A DNA stretch of 64,000 nucleotides from Camelus dromedarius (Eukaryota). Under the pieces are notes generated by a model that had not been told where the DNA came from, did not search any database, and saw only the letters and a list, made by a program, of their open reading frames with translations. Positions 25,532 to 38,479 of this stretch are shown one piece after another (position 1 is the first letter of the stretch; each line of letters opens with the position of its first letter). Both the position numbers and the translations under genes were made by a program. The stretch spans positions 107,076,001 to 107,140,000 of the forward strand of contig NC_087436.1 of the NCBI RefSeq assembly GCF_036321535.1, in the 5' to 3' direction.

Positions 25532-27749
25532 TTCATCATAATTTAACTTTCATTGTTAAACTTATAAAAGTACCCTCAGAAAAATTTTCACTGGCAAAAT
25601 ATATTATTTTGAATGTAGGATTTGGGTGCATTTTTATGTGTTTATTGTAATGTGGGACAGGGATTCCAAAAGAAAGGGCCTATGGAAGTCCCAGAATCAC
25701 CGGGATGCACCAAGGGGGGAAGGCTGTCATACACAGAAAGGGCTTCTTTGAAGATGTGAAGTTCAAAATATGATTAAGAGTTGATGTGAGAAAGGGAGAT
25801 AAAACACATACATCTTCAAAGACACAGTCTTACATTTGGGGGCATTGGGAAAACATTAGTTGGGACTGGAGGGTCAGGTTTGCATGCTGGAAGGGAAAAA
25901 GAGGGCCTGGAGAAGGATTAAGGCCAAACAAAGAACAACTCAGGAGAAAAGGAACAGTGAAGGTTTCTCAACAAGAAAATGACATGATCAGTTAGTTACA
26001 CTTTCTTGTAAGATAACCCTGGACAACTGATGAAGCAAGGGCAGCTGTTTGGAGGCCATGGCAATAGAAGACAGTTAAAAGCTGATGAGAGCCAAAGCTC
26101 TGGCTGGAAATATCCAAATTCAAGAGACATTTCAGTTTGTGAAAGTGATTCTTGGAGATAAAAACTGTTTCTTGCTCTGCGCTCAGCCTTTGAGAGTAAT
26201 TCAGAGAAAGAAGTGTGGAGAGGGATCATTTTGTCTGAGGCGCAAGTAATTTTATAAAGTGGGTAAGTCCAACTCATAGCAACCATTAATGTGTCCTTTC
26301 TCTTTTAAAAATGTAATATCATTCTCTGTTGTTGAATCCAGCAAAAATCTGAGTGCCCACTATGTAAGCAACATTATTACCTTGTGAAGACTGGAGGAAA
26401 ATGAGTGGCTCTCATCCAGGGTTGGGACATGGCTTTGGCTTCCTTTATACCCCTTTACCTGTTCTTTGTGCTTGGACAGCTCTTTTGTCTTTAGCTGGTC
26501 CACTTGCCATCCCCAAAGTATGCTCTCATTGCAAACTCAGTTTGCTCATCTCACTACCCATTTTATCCTCCTACCTTCAAGCCCCTAACTGTGCTGACCC
26601 AGCCTATATCAGGCTGGCTTACCTGCCTTATGACCCATCAATATCCTCCACCCAGCACTGATGTGGGATTGGCTTTCCTTTCTAATCTTCTGTTCACGGC
26701 CTTTGCTAAATTTGCAGCTCTATACCTTTTTTTCATTCTTCAGGTCTAATCTTTCAAAGCCATATTATAAACAGTCCCAATTCTATTGTTTATAACCTAA
26801 TAATATCTTACCATATTTAATAAGATCATGACAACCCCTGCAATTCATTACTCTTTCTATTCCTAGAGATAATGATAATAAAAAAAAAAAAGAAATGTGA
26901 TTTATGTATCATCAGGTATCCAAGAAACCTGCTTATCCTAAGAGAGGTGGTAAAGAAAGATTTTATTATTGCCTTTTAAAAAATACAGTGACTGAGCCAG
27001 AGAAAGGTTAACTGGCCACAGTTACCCATTATTTGGTTTCCATGCCAAGACAAAATTTGTGCTTCAGATACATTTCCATACACTTCTCACAAACTTTTTG
27101 TTTTTGCTTTTTTTCTCAGTAATACCTTATATCAACAGAAACCTAGCACAATTCTTATAGAGATGTTTGCCTTATAAATTGATGTTTGCCTCTGGGCTTC
27201 ATGTATTTATTTTTGCTTTACTTAAATTAGTTTAAGGTGCATCCCCTGCAGATCATCATTCTAATGGTCTCCATCACTCTAGAGGGGCAAGAAAAGGGAG
27301 AGAGAAAATAACTGTCTCTCTTCTGCTTACTGTCCCTGCTCTCGTCCTTCCTTTTCATCTCTAGGTTTTCCCACTGTTAAATCATGTTCCAATAAAATGA
27401 AAAATGAAGCGTAGAATAGGAGAATGTGAACAGTGAAAGTTGTTCTCTAATTAGCCACTGAGTCATAATGACCTCAACCACAGTGTTCTCTTGTTAGTTA
27501 AGGATTTTTTTTAAAAAAAATAACATATCTGAGGACATTTATAATATGATAAATGTTCAAAGAATTTTGTGAGTTTTTTTTTCCTTCCATGCTCTCCAAC
27601 CACCAATTTCAGTTCAGTTATGTTTTATAATCCCAAACTGTGTGTTACTGTAATTATGCATAGATCATACATAAGCCACCATATTTTCTAAATTATTCAT
27701 TTTGCATTATCAGCCATCTCGTAATTGTATTCATTAAAATGATTCTTAC

Positions 27750-28035
27750 TTGAACATCCATTCCGTGCAACCTTCAGCTTGTTGAACATTTCTACATAAC
27801 CTGGATCTATGGGCTTCATTTGGCTTTCTTTTTTGAATTACCAGCAAATACAAAGGACTGCTTTTGTGCAGTTTTATTTGAATTTTGAAGGCAGGTAATT
27901 TACTAATCCTCCTTTCAGATGCTTCCTTTGTTCTTTTCTGAGATGTGTATTGACTGAATGTTTCAAGGTCTTCGTTGTTTAAAGTCAATGAGGAAATGGA
28001 ATTCCCTTTGATAAACTAAACTTGTTGACCTAGTC
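27750..28035 (-). other. Candidate minus-strand exon (probably 5' UTR-containing or non-coding)
   Basis: The acceptor is tttttttatttctgcaaag (an alternative tag lies 6 nt further on) and the donor is CAA|gtaaga. The sequence is unique and not repeat-derived. Confidence 0.25.
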
Positions 28036-29398
28036 CTTTGCAGAAATAAAAAAAATCATCAATGTATAAATATATGTTGATGGAGGTGATCGTATCTCTT
28101 GGTGAAACATTTAGCTGCCTGTCTTTATAAGAACTGGTATCTTAATAAGAGAGCATATTATTCTATCTTTCTGTTGTAACTTTAACCAGCTAAAGATGCT
28201 GGCAATGAAGCAAAAGGCAGAAAGACAAATAAAAACATTAATAATGCATGTCCACAAATCCTCATTTTTATAGACACTTCCTAAGCTGCATCGACACTTA
28301 AATGAACAACAATGACTTCCTTGGAGTCATTTCTAAACACTCTCCAATTCATCCTCACCCCAAAGATCCACATCTGGGTACCAGGTGCATGTTCAGCGGC
28401 TTTCCTCCTGTCTCATCCCACACTTTGCACTGAACCGAGACATTTGCTGAAGAAATAAGGAAGAGTATTGCCCCAAAAGTAGAAGACAGTAAGTTCTGTG
28501 GCCCCACTTCACCATTTATTCTCCCTTTCGGCAAACCACTGAAACTCTCTAGACACCAGGAATCTCATCATTAAAGTAGAGGTCATGATATCTTATCTTC
28601 TCAAATCAGATGATCCCTGAATGCTCTTTCAAAAAGAGCCCTTTCAATGCTCTTTTTAAGGTTCCACTTTAATCAAAATATATGGAGTGGACTTTAAGCC
28701 TTATCAAATTCAGACTTTGTATTTTAAACATGGGAACACATGTTTATTTATGTTGTTAACAAGTTGAAGGCATTTGAGCCTATCTTCCCTTGTCTCATGG
28801 GGCTATTATGAGACTCATATAAGTAATAACAAAGCACTTTTAAAGATCTACAAAATAATGATCTAAATGTGTAAGAAAAAAAAATTACTGTAGAAAACCT
28901 AAACAAATTATCTTAATAACCAGCACAAGAATGTCTCTTAGGGTAGAGTGAAGCTTTTTAGAAAAAATACCTTGAGATTTTGCTTATGGGAAGAGGGTGA
29001 GACATATGCTGAGAGAAACCAAAGTAACAAAAGAGGTGGCTAGAATTGAACAGAATTCTGGTACCCAGGCCAGAACTGAACCAAAATGTTGTGTTGGTGG
29101 ATAGTCAAGCAGAGAATGGAAAAGATGAAAGAAAGGAACATGGCTAAAGAGTATATGATGGACATCAGAAGCCTCAGTTGAAGTTATTCTTTTCACTTTG
29201 ACTTGAGTGTAAATTTCGGGAACCTATATGCTAGAAAGTCTGCTTCACACACAAAATCCTTGTGTGAGTAGGTTTTTATAGCAGAAATTGTTGAAAATGG
29301 CTAAGTTCTATTTCTCAGCCCATGCATTATAGTAGAAGGGTAATGAAGTCCAGAAATCATATACTCTGTAGACTGAAATAATTCAGAAAAAGCAGGAT

Positions 29399-29989
29399 CT
29401 TCTTTATTCATTCATCTGTCAATGGATATTTGGGTTGTTTCTATGTCTTGGCTATTCTAAATAATGCTGCTGTGAACATTGAGGTGCATGCGCCTTTTCC
29501 AACGGTGTGTATATGTATGTATGTATTACTCAGCCATAGAAGATGAAATAATGCCATTTGCAAAAACACGGATGGACCTAGAGATTATCATATTAAGTGA
29601 AGGAAGTCAGAGAAAGACAAATATCATATGATGTCACTTATATGTGGAATCTTAAAAAAGAAAAAGAAAAGGTACAGATTTTATTTACAGTTCATGGACA
29701 TAGAGAACAAACTGTGGTTTCCGGGGCGGGGAGGTGGTTAGGATAGATTAGAAGTCTGGGATTAATAAATTCACATTATTATGTATAAAATAGATAAAAC
29801 AACAAGGACCTACTGGATAGCACAGGGAACAATATTTAATTTCTTGTAATGAGCTGTAATGGAAAAGACTGAAAAAAATGTACATATATGTATATATATG
29901 TATAACTGAATCACTTTGTTGTATACCTGAAACAAACAAACCCACTACACTTCAATAAAAATTAAAATTTTTTTTAAAAAAGGAAAAAA
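29399..29989 (+). mobile_element. 5'-inverted (twin-primed) truncated L1 with 12-bp TSD
   Basis: Antisense ORF2-end segment at 29399-29502, then a sense segment from 29503 to the poly-A tail. The TSD AAAAAGCAGGAT is at 29387-29398 and 29990-30001. Confidence 0.9.
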
Positions 29990-30904
29990 AAAAAGCAGGA
30001 TATCAGAACCAGAGTAAAACATGAAAAACTTTAGAACATGAAGACCTTAGGATAGGCATTAAATTTATTTGGGGTCACAGTCTGAATGTTACTTTTCTGG
30101 ATATTAAGGGTAGGTAACCAGTTCTAGCTCATAACTGTATAACGAGGAGGAGGAGGAAGAGGAAAAGAAGGAAGGGGAGGAGGAGGATGATTGGCATTAG
30201 AAGACTTTGTATTTCTGGATCAATTTAATGATACAGAAGGAGAAGAATCAATACACCCTAAGTGAAAAGGGGGATTGTCAGTGGACAGATGAGATTTACA
30301 AACAAGATACTTAAGAACTATGAACCAAAATATCACAGGTAACTCATAATGGAAAAAATAAGTTAGGACAGAGGAGTAGAGGACTATCCAGGAAAGAAAT
30401 GTAAGACCTTGAAGGAGATGCTACGAGGTTAGACTACATCTTAACATGCACAACAAGTTCCCATAAAATTAGCATTCCTTTTTTAATCATAATTATTGTA
30501 ACATTAAAGGAAATAATTGAAATGAATTAGTAGTCTTCTTCAATAAATGTCTTAGCTACTATTTCTACTAATAGAACAGATGCATTTCCAGAATTCATTT
30601 ATAATAGTAGGATGAAAAGCAACATAAAATGAAGGTGACAATGGGGAACATAATGTGACGGAGGGGAAAAAAAAAAAGAACTGGACTTAAAGTTCTAGGA
30701 TCTAAATTCAAACCCTACTATTGGAAATTATTTACTGAATTTCTGTGTGCCTGACTTTGTATTATATGAAACTGTATAAAAATGACTAACATGGTCCCTA
30801 GCCCACAAAAGCTCACAGTCTACTCAAGCAAACATAACAACAGATAACTTTATTATAATATAAAATGCTATATTAGATATTTGAATGGTAAATGCAGTGC
30901 AGGA

Positions 30905-31120
30905 TGTCAACAAAGAGCACTGACTCAGAAGCTGAGCCTCCAGGATCCAGATTCTGGCTCCTGCATTTAATGGCTGTGACTTATTGAGTGATTTATTTAA
31001 CTTCTTTGCCTCAATTTCCCCACTAATAAGATGTAAATACTGAGACTGCTTCCTGGGGTTACTGAAAATTTTTAAATACTTAAAACAATTCCTGGTGTAA
31101 AGAGAGGGTTGTGCCATCTC
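30905..31120 (+). mobile_element. MIR SINE
   Basis: gattctggctcctgcatttaatggctgtgactt...ttaacttctttgcctcaatttcccca...aaatacttaaaacaattcctgg. Confidence 0.7.
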
Positions 31121-31310
31121 CATCCTCTTCACTGTCATCATCATTGCCATCATTCTCATTTCTTCATCACTGTGAAATGCTAAAATGGTAAGAGCTAATC
31201 TTGTCTAGGAAAACCAAGAAAGGCTTCACCAAGTAAATGTCACTTAAAGTGGAGCTTCCAGGTCAATGGGGAAATATATGCTGAACAGCATGAATCCCAC
31301 CCCCAAAAGC

Positions 31311-31337
31311 AAAAAAAAAAAAAAAAAAAAAAAAAAA
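31311..31337. repeat. Poly-A tract
   Basis: Run of about 27 A. Confidence 0.9.
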
Positions 31338-31489
31338 TTAAGGCAAGCCCTGCTGAATTGTGAGGTCTGTGCATGGTGAGACTGAGGAAGTAAGATGGAA
31401 CAAAAAATGTAAGAGACCACATGGTCTATGGTGTTTCTTATCTAGATGAGCAACGTCATAGAGTTTTTTTTTAGGATGATACTCTAGTG

Positions 31490-31910
31490 TCTCCATCTAA
31501 AACCCTAAATTCTCAGTGACTCCCAACAACAAAGGGCTATTTCTCATTCATATTTCTTGTTGGATGTGGGTCAGCTGCAGCTCTATTTCACATCCTCTTC
31601 ATTCTAGCAGCCAGACCAAACGAATGTTCCTTGTTTGGGACATTCCTCTACTCTTGGTAGGCAGGCAAGGGAGAGGAAAGAACCACATAATGGCTCTTAA
31701 AATGTCTACTCCATAGTGGTATGTCATTTCTGGATATATTCTAGTGGCCAAAGCAAATTACGTGGTTAAGTCTGATGTCAATGAGCTGAGGAAGCATAAT
31801 CCCCCTCAAAAGGTAGGAATACCACAAATCAGGTGGCAAAGCTTGACCTCTAGGGGTTGGAAGTGATGATTCTCCCAGAGGGAGAGACAAACAATTTGGC
31901 AGAAAATAAT
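31490..31910 (-). mobile_element. Old MaLR LTR (MLT1J/K/L-like)
   Basis: ccctaaattctcagtgac...gggtcagctgcagctct...ctagtggccaaagcaaattacgtgg. It is similar to 20290-20735. Confidence 0.65.
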
Positions 31911-31912
31911 AC

Positions 31913-32335
31913 TGTATTACCTTAGCTCTCTATTGCATAATATATCCCCCCATCATAGTGGCTTAAAATAACAAAGGTCATTTGTTATGCTCATAAATCT
32001 CAGGTAGTTGGACAAGGCTAGTTTGGAGTATAGAAGATAGCTTTATTCACTTGCCATGATCTTTGGCAGAAATGTCTATGAGGTTAGGCTCAGCTGGGCT
32101 CCTCTCCCTTTCTCAGAGCTTCTCCACATGGTTTCTGCAGCAGAGTGAGCTGTCAGACTTCTTATTGGTGTCTCAGGGCTCCAAGAGACAGGCAGAACTT
32201 GTCAGTCCTCTGAAGGTCATATATCCATTGCATTCTATTGGTCAAAGAAGTTACAATCCAGCCCAGATTCAACGGGAAGGGAAATTAACCCTACTTTTCG
32301 AAGGGAAAAGGGTCAAAGGATCTGACGTCCATACA
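31913..32335 (-). mobile_element. MaLR LTR (MLT1H/I-like)
   Basis: tgtatt...tattgcataa...tagtggcttaaaataacaaa...cattctattggtcaaagaagttacaatccagcccagattcaa. Confidence 0.7.
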
Positions 32336-33689
32336 TGAAAATGGTGGAGGACAGATGAAGGAGCTATTTCTCAGAATCAGCAGGCTATACTGTCCACCTA
32401 TGTGTGGAATGGAAATGAAAGATAAGAATCATGAAGAAACAATCAAAGATAAGAGGGTCATTTCTGCACTTCTCAAGCATAAGGACTGAAAGGACACATA
32501 CCTTGAAAACAACTTTTTAAGTCCTGAGTTGCCCAAGAAATTAAAAAGAAGAAATTCTGATCAAGATGGTGATCACATCCAGGAGATTTATTTCAAGATG
32601 TTATTTGTGTAACATGCTTGTAAACGTGCTACAAAAACACACCAAAAAGCATATGTTAAATCAAAATAAACTTTATTTTAGAAAGTCACTTTAAGTATCT
32701 GGTGATATAATTAAGCCGTATTAATATGCTGTTTATTTAACAGATTAAAAATGCATAAGAAGCGTGTCCCATTCATCTTAATTAGACAATATGCTCGTCA
32801 CAATTATTTGCTCTATATTTTCATATTTCATGAACATTTTGAGGATATCCATTGATGCTATTAAAATCAAATTTCCCCTTGGTTTGTAGTTCTCTGATCT
32901 CAATGCCATAGCTCTCTGGAGGCACTACCCAGCATTTCTCACCTGACTCTCTGCCAATGCTGTTAGATCTGTTCTGGGGCTAAGAACAGCTACAAGAAAA
33001 TGACTGTAGATTTTCCTGTTCTCAACAGTGTTCTGTCTTTCTATCTGTGATTCAGATTTCAATATAATCCCACTCCTAAGTGTTGCACACAGCTGTGGGT
33101 GTGAGGTAATAGATACTAGCTGACATAGAACCTCAAATTCTAGACCTTCAAGAGATTTTCAAAATTATCCCTTCCATTTTTTTTCCAAACTCAATCATTC
33201 ATTCATCACTTTCTTCACGTTGCTCCAACCACTGACATACTATTTTTTTTTCTGTAAATGTATTTTCATTTTTTACTTAATATGCTTTAGGAGGAAAGGA
33301 TATACTGTTATTACAAATAGAAAATTAGTTGAATTTGCCATAACTGGAGATGACAATATAAATGAATATAACCAAAAAAAAAAAAAAAAAACCCAATATG
33401 AATAGTTTCTTGCTAGATGTGTTTGCTTAAGTGACGCTCAGTGCCTGAGGGTCACTTACCTTGTTAGGAAAGTAAATTTCCAAGTTTGAGATTACTAGGA
33501 TCAAACAGAATTTTTCTCCTTGAGCCAGAAGGATTAGAAGGAAGTTGTGAAGACACAAACACCTCTTCCATGCCATCCAGTGGACGGCCCATTCAAGGTA
33601 CCATCAATCACTGGCATTTTTGGTGGCATGGGATTGTTGTTTAGGAAACGTTCACTGTTCCTTTCTTCTCATTAAAGACACACTTACTG

Positions 33690-34710
33690 AAGGTACCTTG
33701 TGCCCAAATCTCAGTTTCTAATATCATTTCCAATAAAAGAAGCCAGAGTTCTTGGAGAAATGGTAGATTCTAAGACTGAGTTAGGAAATATGCAAAATGA
33801 ACCTAGAGCATCTTGTAGTGCCAGAAAGTAAGGATATTCTGGGAAAAAAAAAAATCAAACCACAATGACAAGTTATGTCAGAGGGACACAGGAGCCAATC
33901 AAAGGGGCTTCCAAGGATCAAAGCTGGAAAGTTTGAGCAATAAACTAAAGTACTATTGGACTATAGCCCAAAGAATAAAATAAATATCCATGAGTCCATG
34001 CTGATAAAAATAAATAAATAACTGAATACATGAGGAAGAAGAGACAAATCTCCCATGCGGAAGAATTCCACATCATTTATGTAGATCCTTCACCCTCAGG
34101 AAGGTGGTTGGTAACTGTCATTCCTCAAGTGTGGATTGAGCACGGTGACTTTTCTTTCAAAGTATGAAAAGAAAGAAACCTTTACAATGCAGGAAGCTGA
34201 CAAACATTACCCCAGCAGCAGTGATCAAGGTCAACACCAACGGTGATAAGTCATTTTGATAGCATGTACCCTTGATATGATGTGATGAAAATATCCACAA
34301 CCCCAGTATAATCATGAGAAAAAACATCAGACAAATCCCAATAGGGGGACTTTCTACAAAACATCTGACTCACACTACTCAAAACTGTCAAGGGCATCCA
34401 GAACAAAGAAAGTCTGAGACATGACAGCAAAATGTAATGTAGTATCCTGGATAGGCACCTGGACCCCCTCCCCCCAAAAAAAGGCACTTTAGGTAAAAAC
34501 TAAGGGCATCTGAATAAAGGATGGATTTTTAATAAAGTATGGAACTAATAATATATTGGTTCATTAATTGTAACAAATGTATCATGCTAATGTAAGATGT
34601 TAATGATAGAGGAAACTGGATGTGGGGGATGTAGGAACTCTTTCTGCTATCTTAACAATTTTTTCTGTAAATCTAAAACTCTTCTTAAAAGTAAAGTTTA
34701 TTTTTTAAAT
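33690..34710 (+). mobile_element. L1MC-type 3' region
   Basis: gaacctagagcatcttgtagtgccagaaagtaagg...ataagtcattttgatagcatgtaccc...ttttctgtaaatctaaaact. Confidence 0.8.
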
Positions 34711-35031
34711 ATGCATTTATTTATCCATTTAACACATATTTTTCTAGTGTCTAATAGATGCCAAGGTCCAAGCTAGATGCAAGGAGCACAAGATGGTAGT
34801 TGCCCTCATGGAAATAACTTTGAAACACTTACAAAAAATTAAGTGGCTCATCCCATCACATAACCGGGAAGGAAGTATTGCCCTCAGACCCATGATTTTG
34901 CCACTCAACCATAGCAGCCTGCTTCTTTCCATATTCTGACATATTCAAGAAGATTTTCCTTGTTGAGTTCTTTATAGAGAGTAAGTAAACCTTTGAATCA
35001 ATCAGCAAAAATTTACTAAGAATGTATCATG

Positions 35032-36227
35032 AATATAGGCAAAACATTCTCTGACATAAATCATAGAAATGTTTTCCTAGGTCAGCCTCCCAAAGCAATA
35101 TAAACAAAAGCAAAAAAAAAAAAATGAGACCTAATTAAACTTACAAGCTTTTGCACAGGAAAGGAAACCACGAACAAAACAAAGACAATCTGCAGGCTGG
35201 GAGAAATATTTGCAAATGATGTGACTCACAAGGACTCAATTTCAGAATATAAAAACAGCTCATACAAGTCAACAACAACAACAACAACAACAGCAACAAC
35301 AACAAAAAACAATCCAATCCAAAACATGGGCAGAAGATCTAAATAGACATTTCTCTGAAGAAGACATACAGAAGGTCAATTGGCACATGAAAAGATGCTC
35401 AACATTACTAATTATCAGAGAAATGCAAATCAAAACTACATGAGATATCACCTCACACCAATCAGAATGGCCATCATTCAAAAGTCCACAAACAATAAAT
35501 GTCGGAGAGGATGTGGGGAAAAGGGAACCCTTTACACTGTTGTTGGGAGTCTAATTTGGTGCAGCCACTGTAGGAAACAGTGTGGAGATTCCTTTAAAAA
35601 TTAAAATAGAGTTACCATACGACCCAGCAATCCCACCTCTGGGCATATATCCAGAGAAAACTGTAATTTGAAGAGATACATGCACCCCAATGTTCACAGC
35701 AGCACTATTTATAATAGCCAAAACATGGAAGCAACTTAAATGTCCATCAACAAATGATTGAATAAAGAAGACGAGTTATATGTATACAGTAGAATACTAC
35801 TCAGCCATTAAAAGAATGCAATGTCATTTGCAGCAACATGGATGGATCTAAAGATTATCATACTAAGTGAAGGAAGTCAGACATAGACAATTAACATATG
35901 ATCTTGTTTTTTATGGAATCTTTAAAATGATACAAATGAACTTATTTACAAAATAGACACAGGCTCACAGACATACTAAACCAACTTATGGTTACCAAAG
36001 GGAAAAGTGGGAGAGAGGGATAAATTAGGAGTTTGGGATTAGCAGACACAAACTACTATATACAAAATAGATAAACAACAAGGTCCTACTGTGTAGCACA
36101 AAGAACTATATTCACTAACTTGCAATAACCTATAATGAAAAAGAATATATATGTATAACTGAATCATTATGCTTTACACCAGAAACTAATACAACATTGT
36201 ACAAATCAACTCTACTTCAAAAAAAAA
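35032..36227 (+). mobile_element. 5'-truncated lineage-specific L1 (ORF2 C-terminus plus 3' UTR) inserted into an L2 end
   Basis: The ORF2 remnant [30 protein letters not shown] is followed by a 3' UTR and poly-A. The TSD-like ATGTATCATG is at 35022-35031 and 36230-36239, and the two flanks rejoin as an antisense L2 tail. Confidence 0.93.
35270..35303. repeat. (CAA)n microsatellite inside L1
   Basis: caacaacaacaacaacaacaacagcaacaacaac. Confidence 0.9.
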
Positions 36228-36514
36228 TCATGTATCATGTATCATGTTCCCAGGACCAAGCTACTTACTGAGAATTGAAAAAGGGAACTACTGGGTCTCT
36301 GCCCTGAACAATGAGTATCCTCTTTCTTTGGCTGTACAACAAGTATACAAGCATCAGATTTAAGGATGATCCTCAAGACGTTTGAGGGGTAAAGATCACA
36401 AAACAAAAGCGGTAAACTAAAATTGGACTGCTTTAGAGGGAAAGGGAGCTTGAACTAGGCTGTTGTTCTAAGCAGAGTGTTCATTTGGAACATGGGTTTT
36501 TTTTATTAAAGCAT

Positions 36515-36670
36515 TATGTGGTTAAGAGCATGATCTCAAAAGCTAGACTTCTAGTAATCCAATCCCAGCTATTCTAGTCACAAGATTTGTGATCTGCAGA
36601 TTGCTGAAGCCCAAACTGCTTTCCTCATTTATAAAAATAGGGCAATAATGGTGTATCCCTGATAGGGCTG
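36515..36670 (+). mobile_element. MIR SINE
   Basis: gtggttaagagcatgatctc...aatcccagct...tttcctcatttataaaaataggg. Confidence 0.65.
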
Positions 36671-36954
36671 ATTTTCCATGATATATCAGTCATAGTTCCA
36701 AGAGGAAGGATGACCCATTCACTCCAGGGAATTCTAGGAGAATTTATTTTATAAGTCACAGTCATATATACACAATTGATTATAAATACATAATTAACAA
36801 TAACATGAGCTTAAATGAGTTGGAGTTTGAATACTGGAGGAAAGTGACAAATGAAGTTGCAGGGGTAATACTTGAAGTCTTTAGAAAATAAAAATCATGC
36901 TACTAAAACATTGACTGTTCAACACAGAGAGACAAGTTAGGAAGTGGTAAGGGG

Positions 36955-37494
36955 TGTCATCTTGGCTGGGCCACAGAGTGTCCACATATTTGGTCAAATG
37001 TTATTCTGGGTGTGTCTTCAAGGGTGTTTCTGGTGGAGATTAACATTTGCATGGGTAGGTAAAGCAGGTTTCCACCCCTAACAGTGGCTGGGATCTGTCT
37101 CATCAATGGAAGACCTGCACAGAACGAAAAGGCTGAGTAAGAAGGATCGCCTTTAGCCTGACTATTAAGTCAGGACATGGGTCTTTTTTAACCTTCGGTC
37201 TCTGACTAAAACATGGACTCTTCTTGGTTCCCAAGCCTGGTGGCTTTCAGACTGAAGCTTACAGCATTGGATCTCCTAGTTCTCAGACCTTCAGACTCAA
37301 ACTGAAAGTACATCATCTGTTCTCCTGGGCCTCTAACTTGCCTACTATAGATTTTGGAATTTGTCAGCCTCCCTAATTTCATAAGCCCATTCCTTATTAT
37401 AAATATTTATACATGTATTTTTATACATACACACACACACACATATATGTATTTATATATGCTGTTGGTTCTGTTTCTCTGGAAAAGCCTAATA
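36955..37494 (+). mobile_element. ERVL MLT2-type solo LTR with internal (CA)n/(TA)n
   Basis: tgtcatcttggctgggccacagagtgtcc...gagattaacatttg...ttggttctgtttctctggaaaagcctaatac. Confidence 0.85.
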
Positions 37495-38039
37495 CTCTAA
37501 TTTATAAAAGAGAGACTATCAGTAAAATTCCATGAGAAAACTATGCAACTATTACCAGCACACAGTAGGTATTCAGTGAATGTGTTTGCTCCTCTTGCAC
37601 AGCTGATGGCTCGAAAGCACAGCCAGTAGAAATAAAATAAAGGGCTATCTTTCTAATAGACATCCTTCCTGCTTCCAGTCTCTAATAGAGTCCATTAATA
37701 TCTATCAAACATTCCCAGGAATGGAAATATAAAGCTATCATTGCTATATATGTGGCAGCCTAATGAGCCAGCTTCTCCCAGTGAGGCAATAATTTACTCA
37801 GAGGTCCCAAAGTGGCCAGCATGAGTTAAGACAGCTTTCCAAATTGACCAGTTCTTGCACAAAGAGATTACATTATTATGCTACCCTTTCTATGAGATTT
37901 GCTCAACGAAGCTCTATGCAGGATAAACCAATGTGATATCTGCTCTCTAGGACCTTTCCCTGCAGGGATTTCAATGCCAACTTCAATACCCCCAAAATCA
38001 TGCAGACAGCTCACCTAGTTTCAGACCAATGGAGGTTTC

Positions 38040-38340
38040 CGAAACCACAGCTTTCTCCGACTAAGTCGTGTATAACTATTTCCCCCGCGGGATGGGGGAA
38101 GGTGCTGGTAGTAGGGGCTGGAAGAAGGATGACATTGGGCAATTTCTCAAGCTCCATTTCTCAGTAAAATGTCTCAATATTTGCGCACAAAGGAGCTTTT
38201 TTATGTTGGCCAATCCATACTGGGCGATGATATATGTCACTTCGCAGTGATGGAAGGCCTGGCTGCAGAAGCCATTTTCTGAAGTCAAGGATTGCAGCCC
38301 CAGTGCTAATTCGGCAAGAGAGATATTTATGACCTTAACA
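38040..38340. promoter_or_regulatory. CpG-retaining unique block, possible enhancer
   Basis: About 9 CpGs in ~280 bp against a CpG-depleted background, and not repeat-like. Function is inferred only. Confidence 0.3.
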
Positions 38341-38479
38341 ATGGTACCAGAAAGCTCTCCATCTCCCCTTTTAAGTCTGGACAGTGCCTGTTGAAAGACT
38401 GGATTTCATTTTCTTCACCAGAGTTTGATGTTTAAACATATTAGAAGGTACTTAGACAAAATGACTGAATAAAATATCA

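Noticed and set aside
33460..33518. Minus-strand 59-nt exon with AAG|GTAAGT donor
   Set aside because: The donor is strong but the AAG acceptor is weak, and nothing else supports it.
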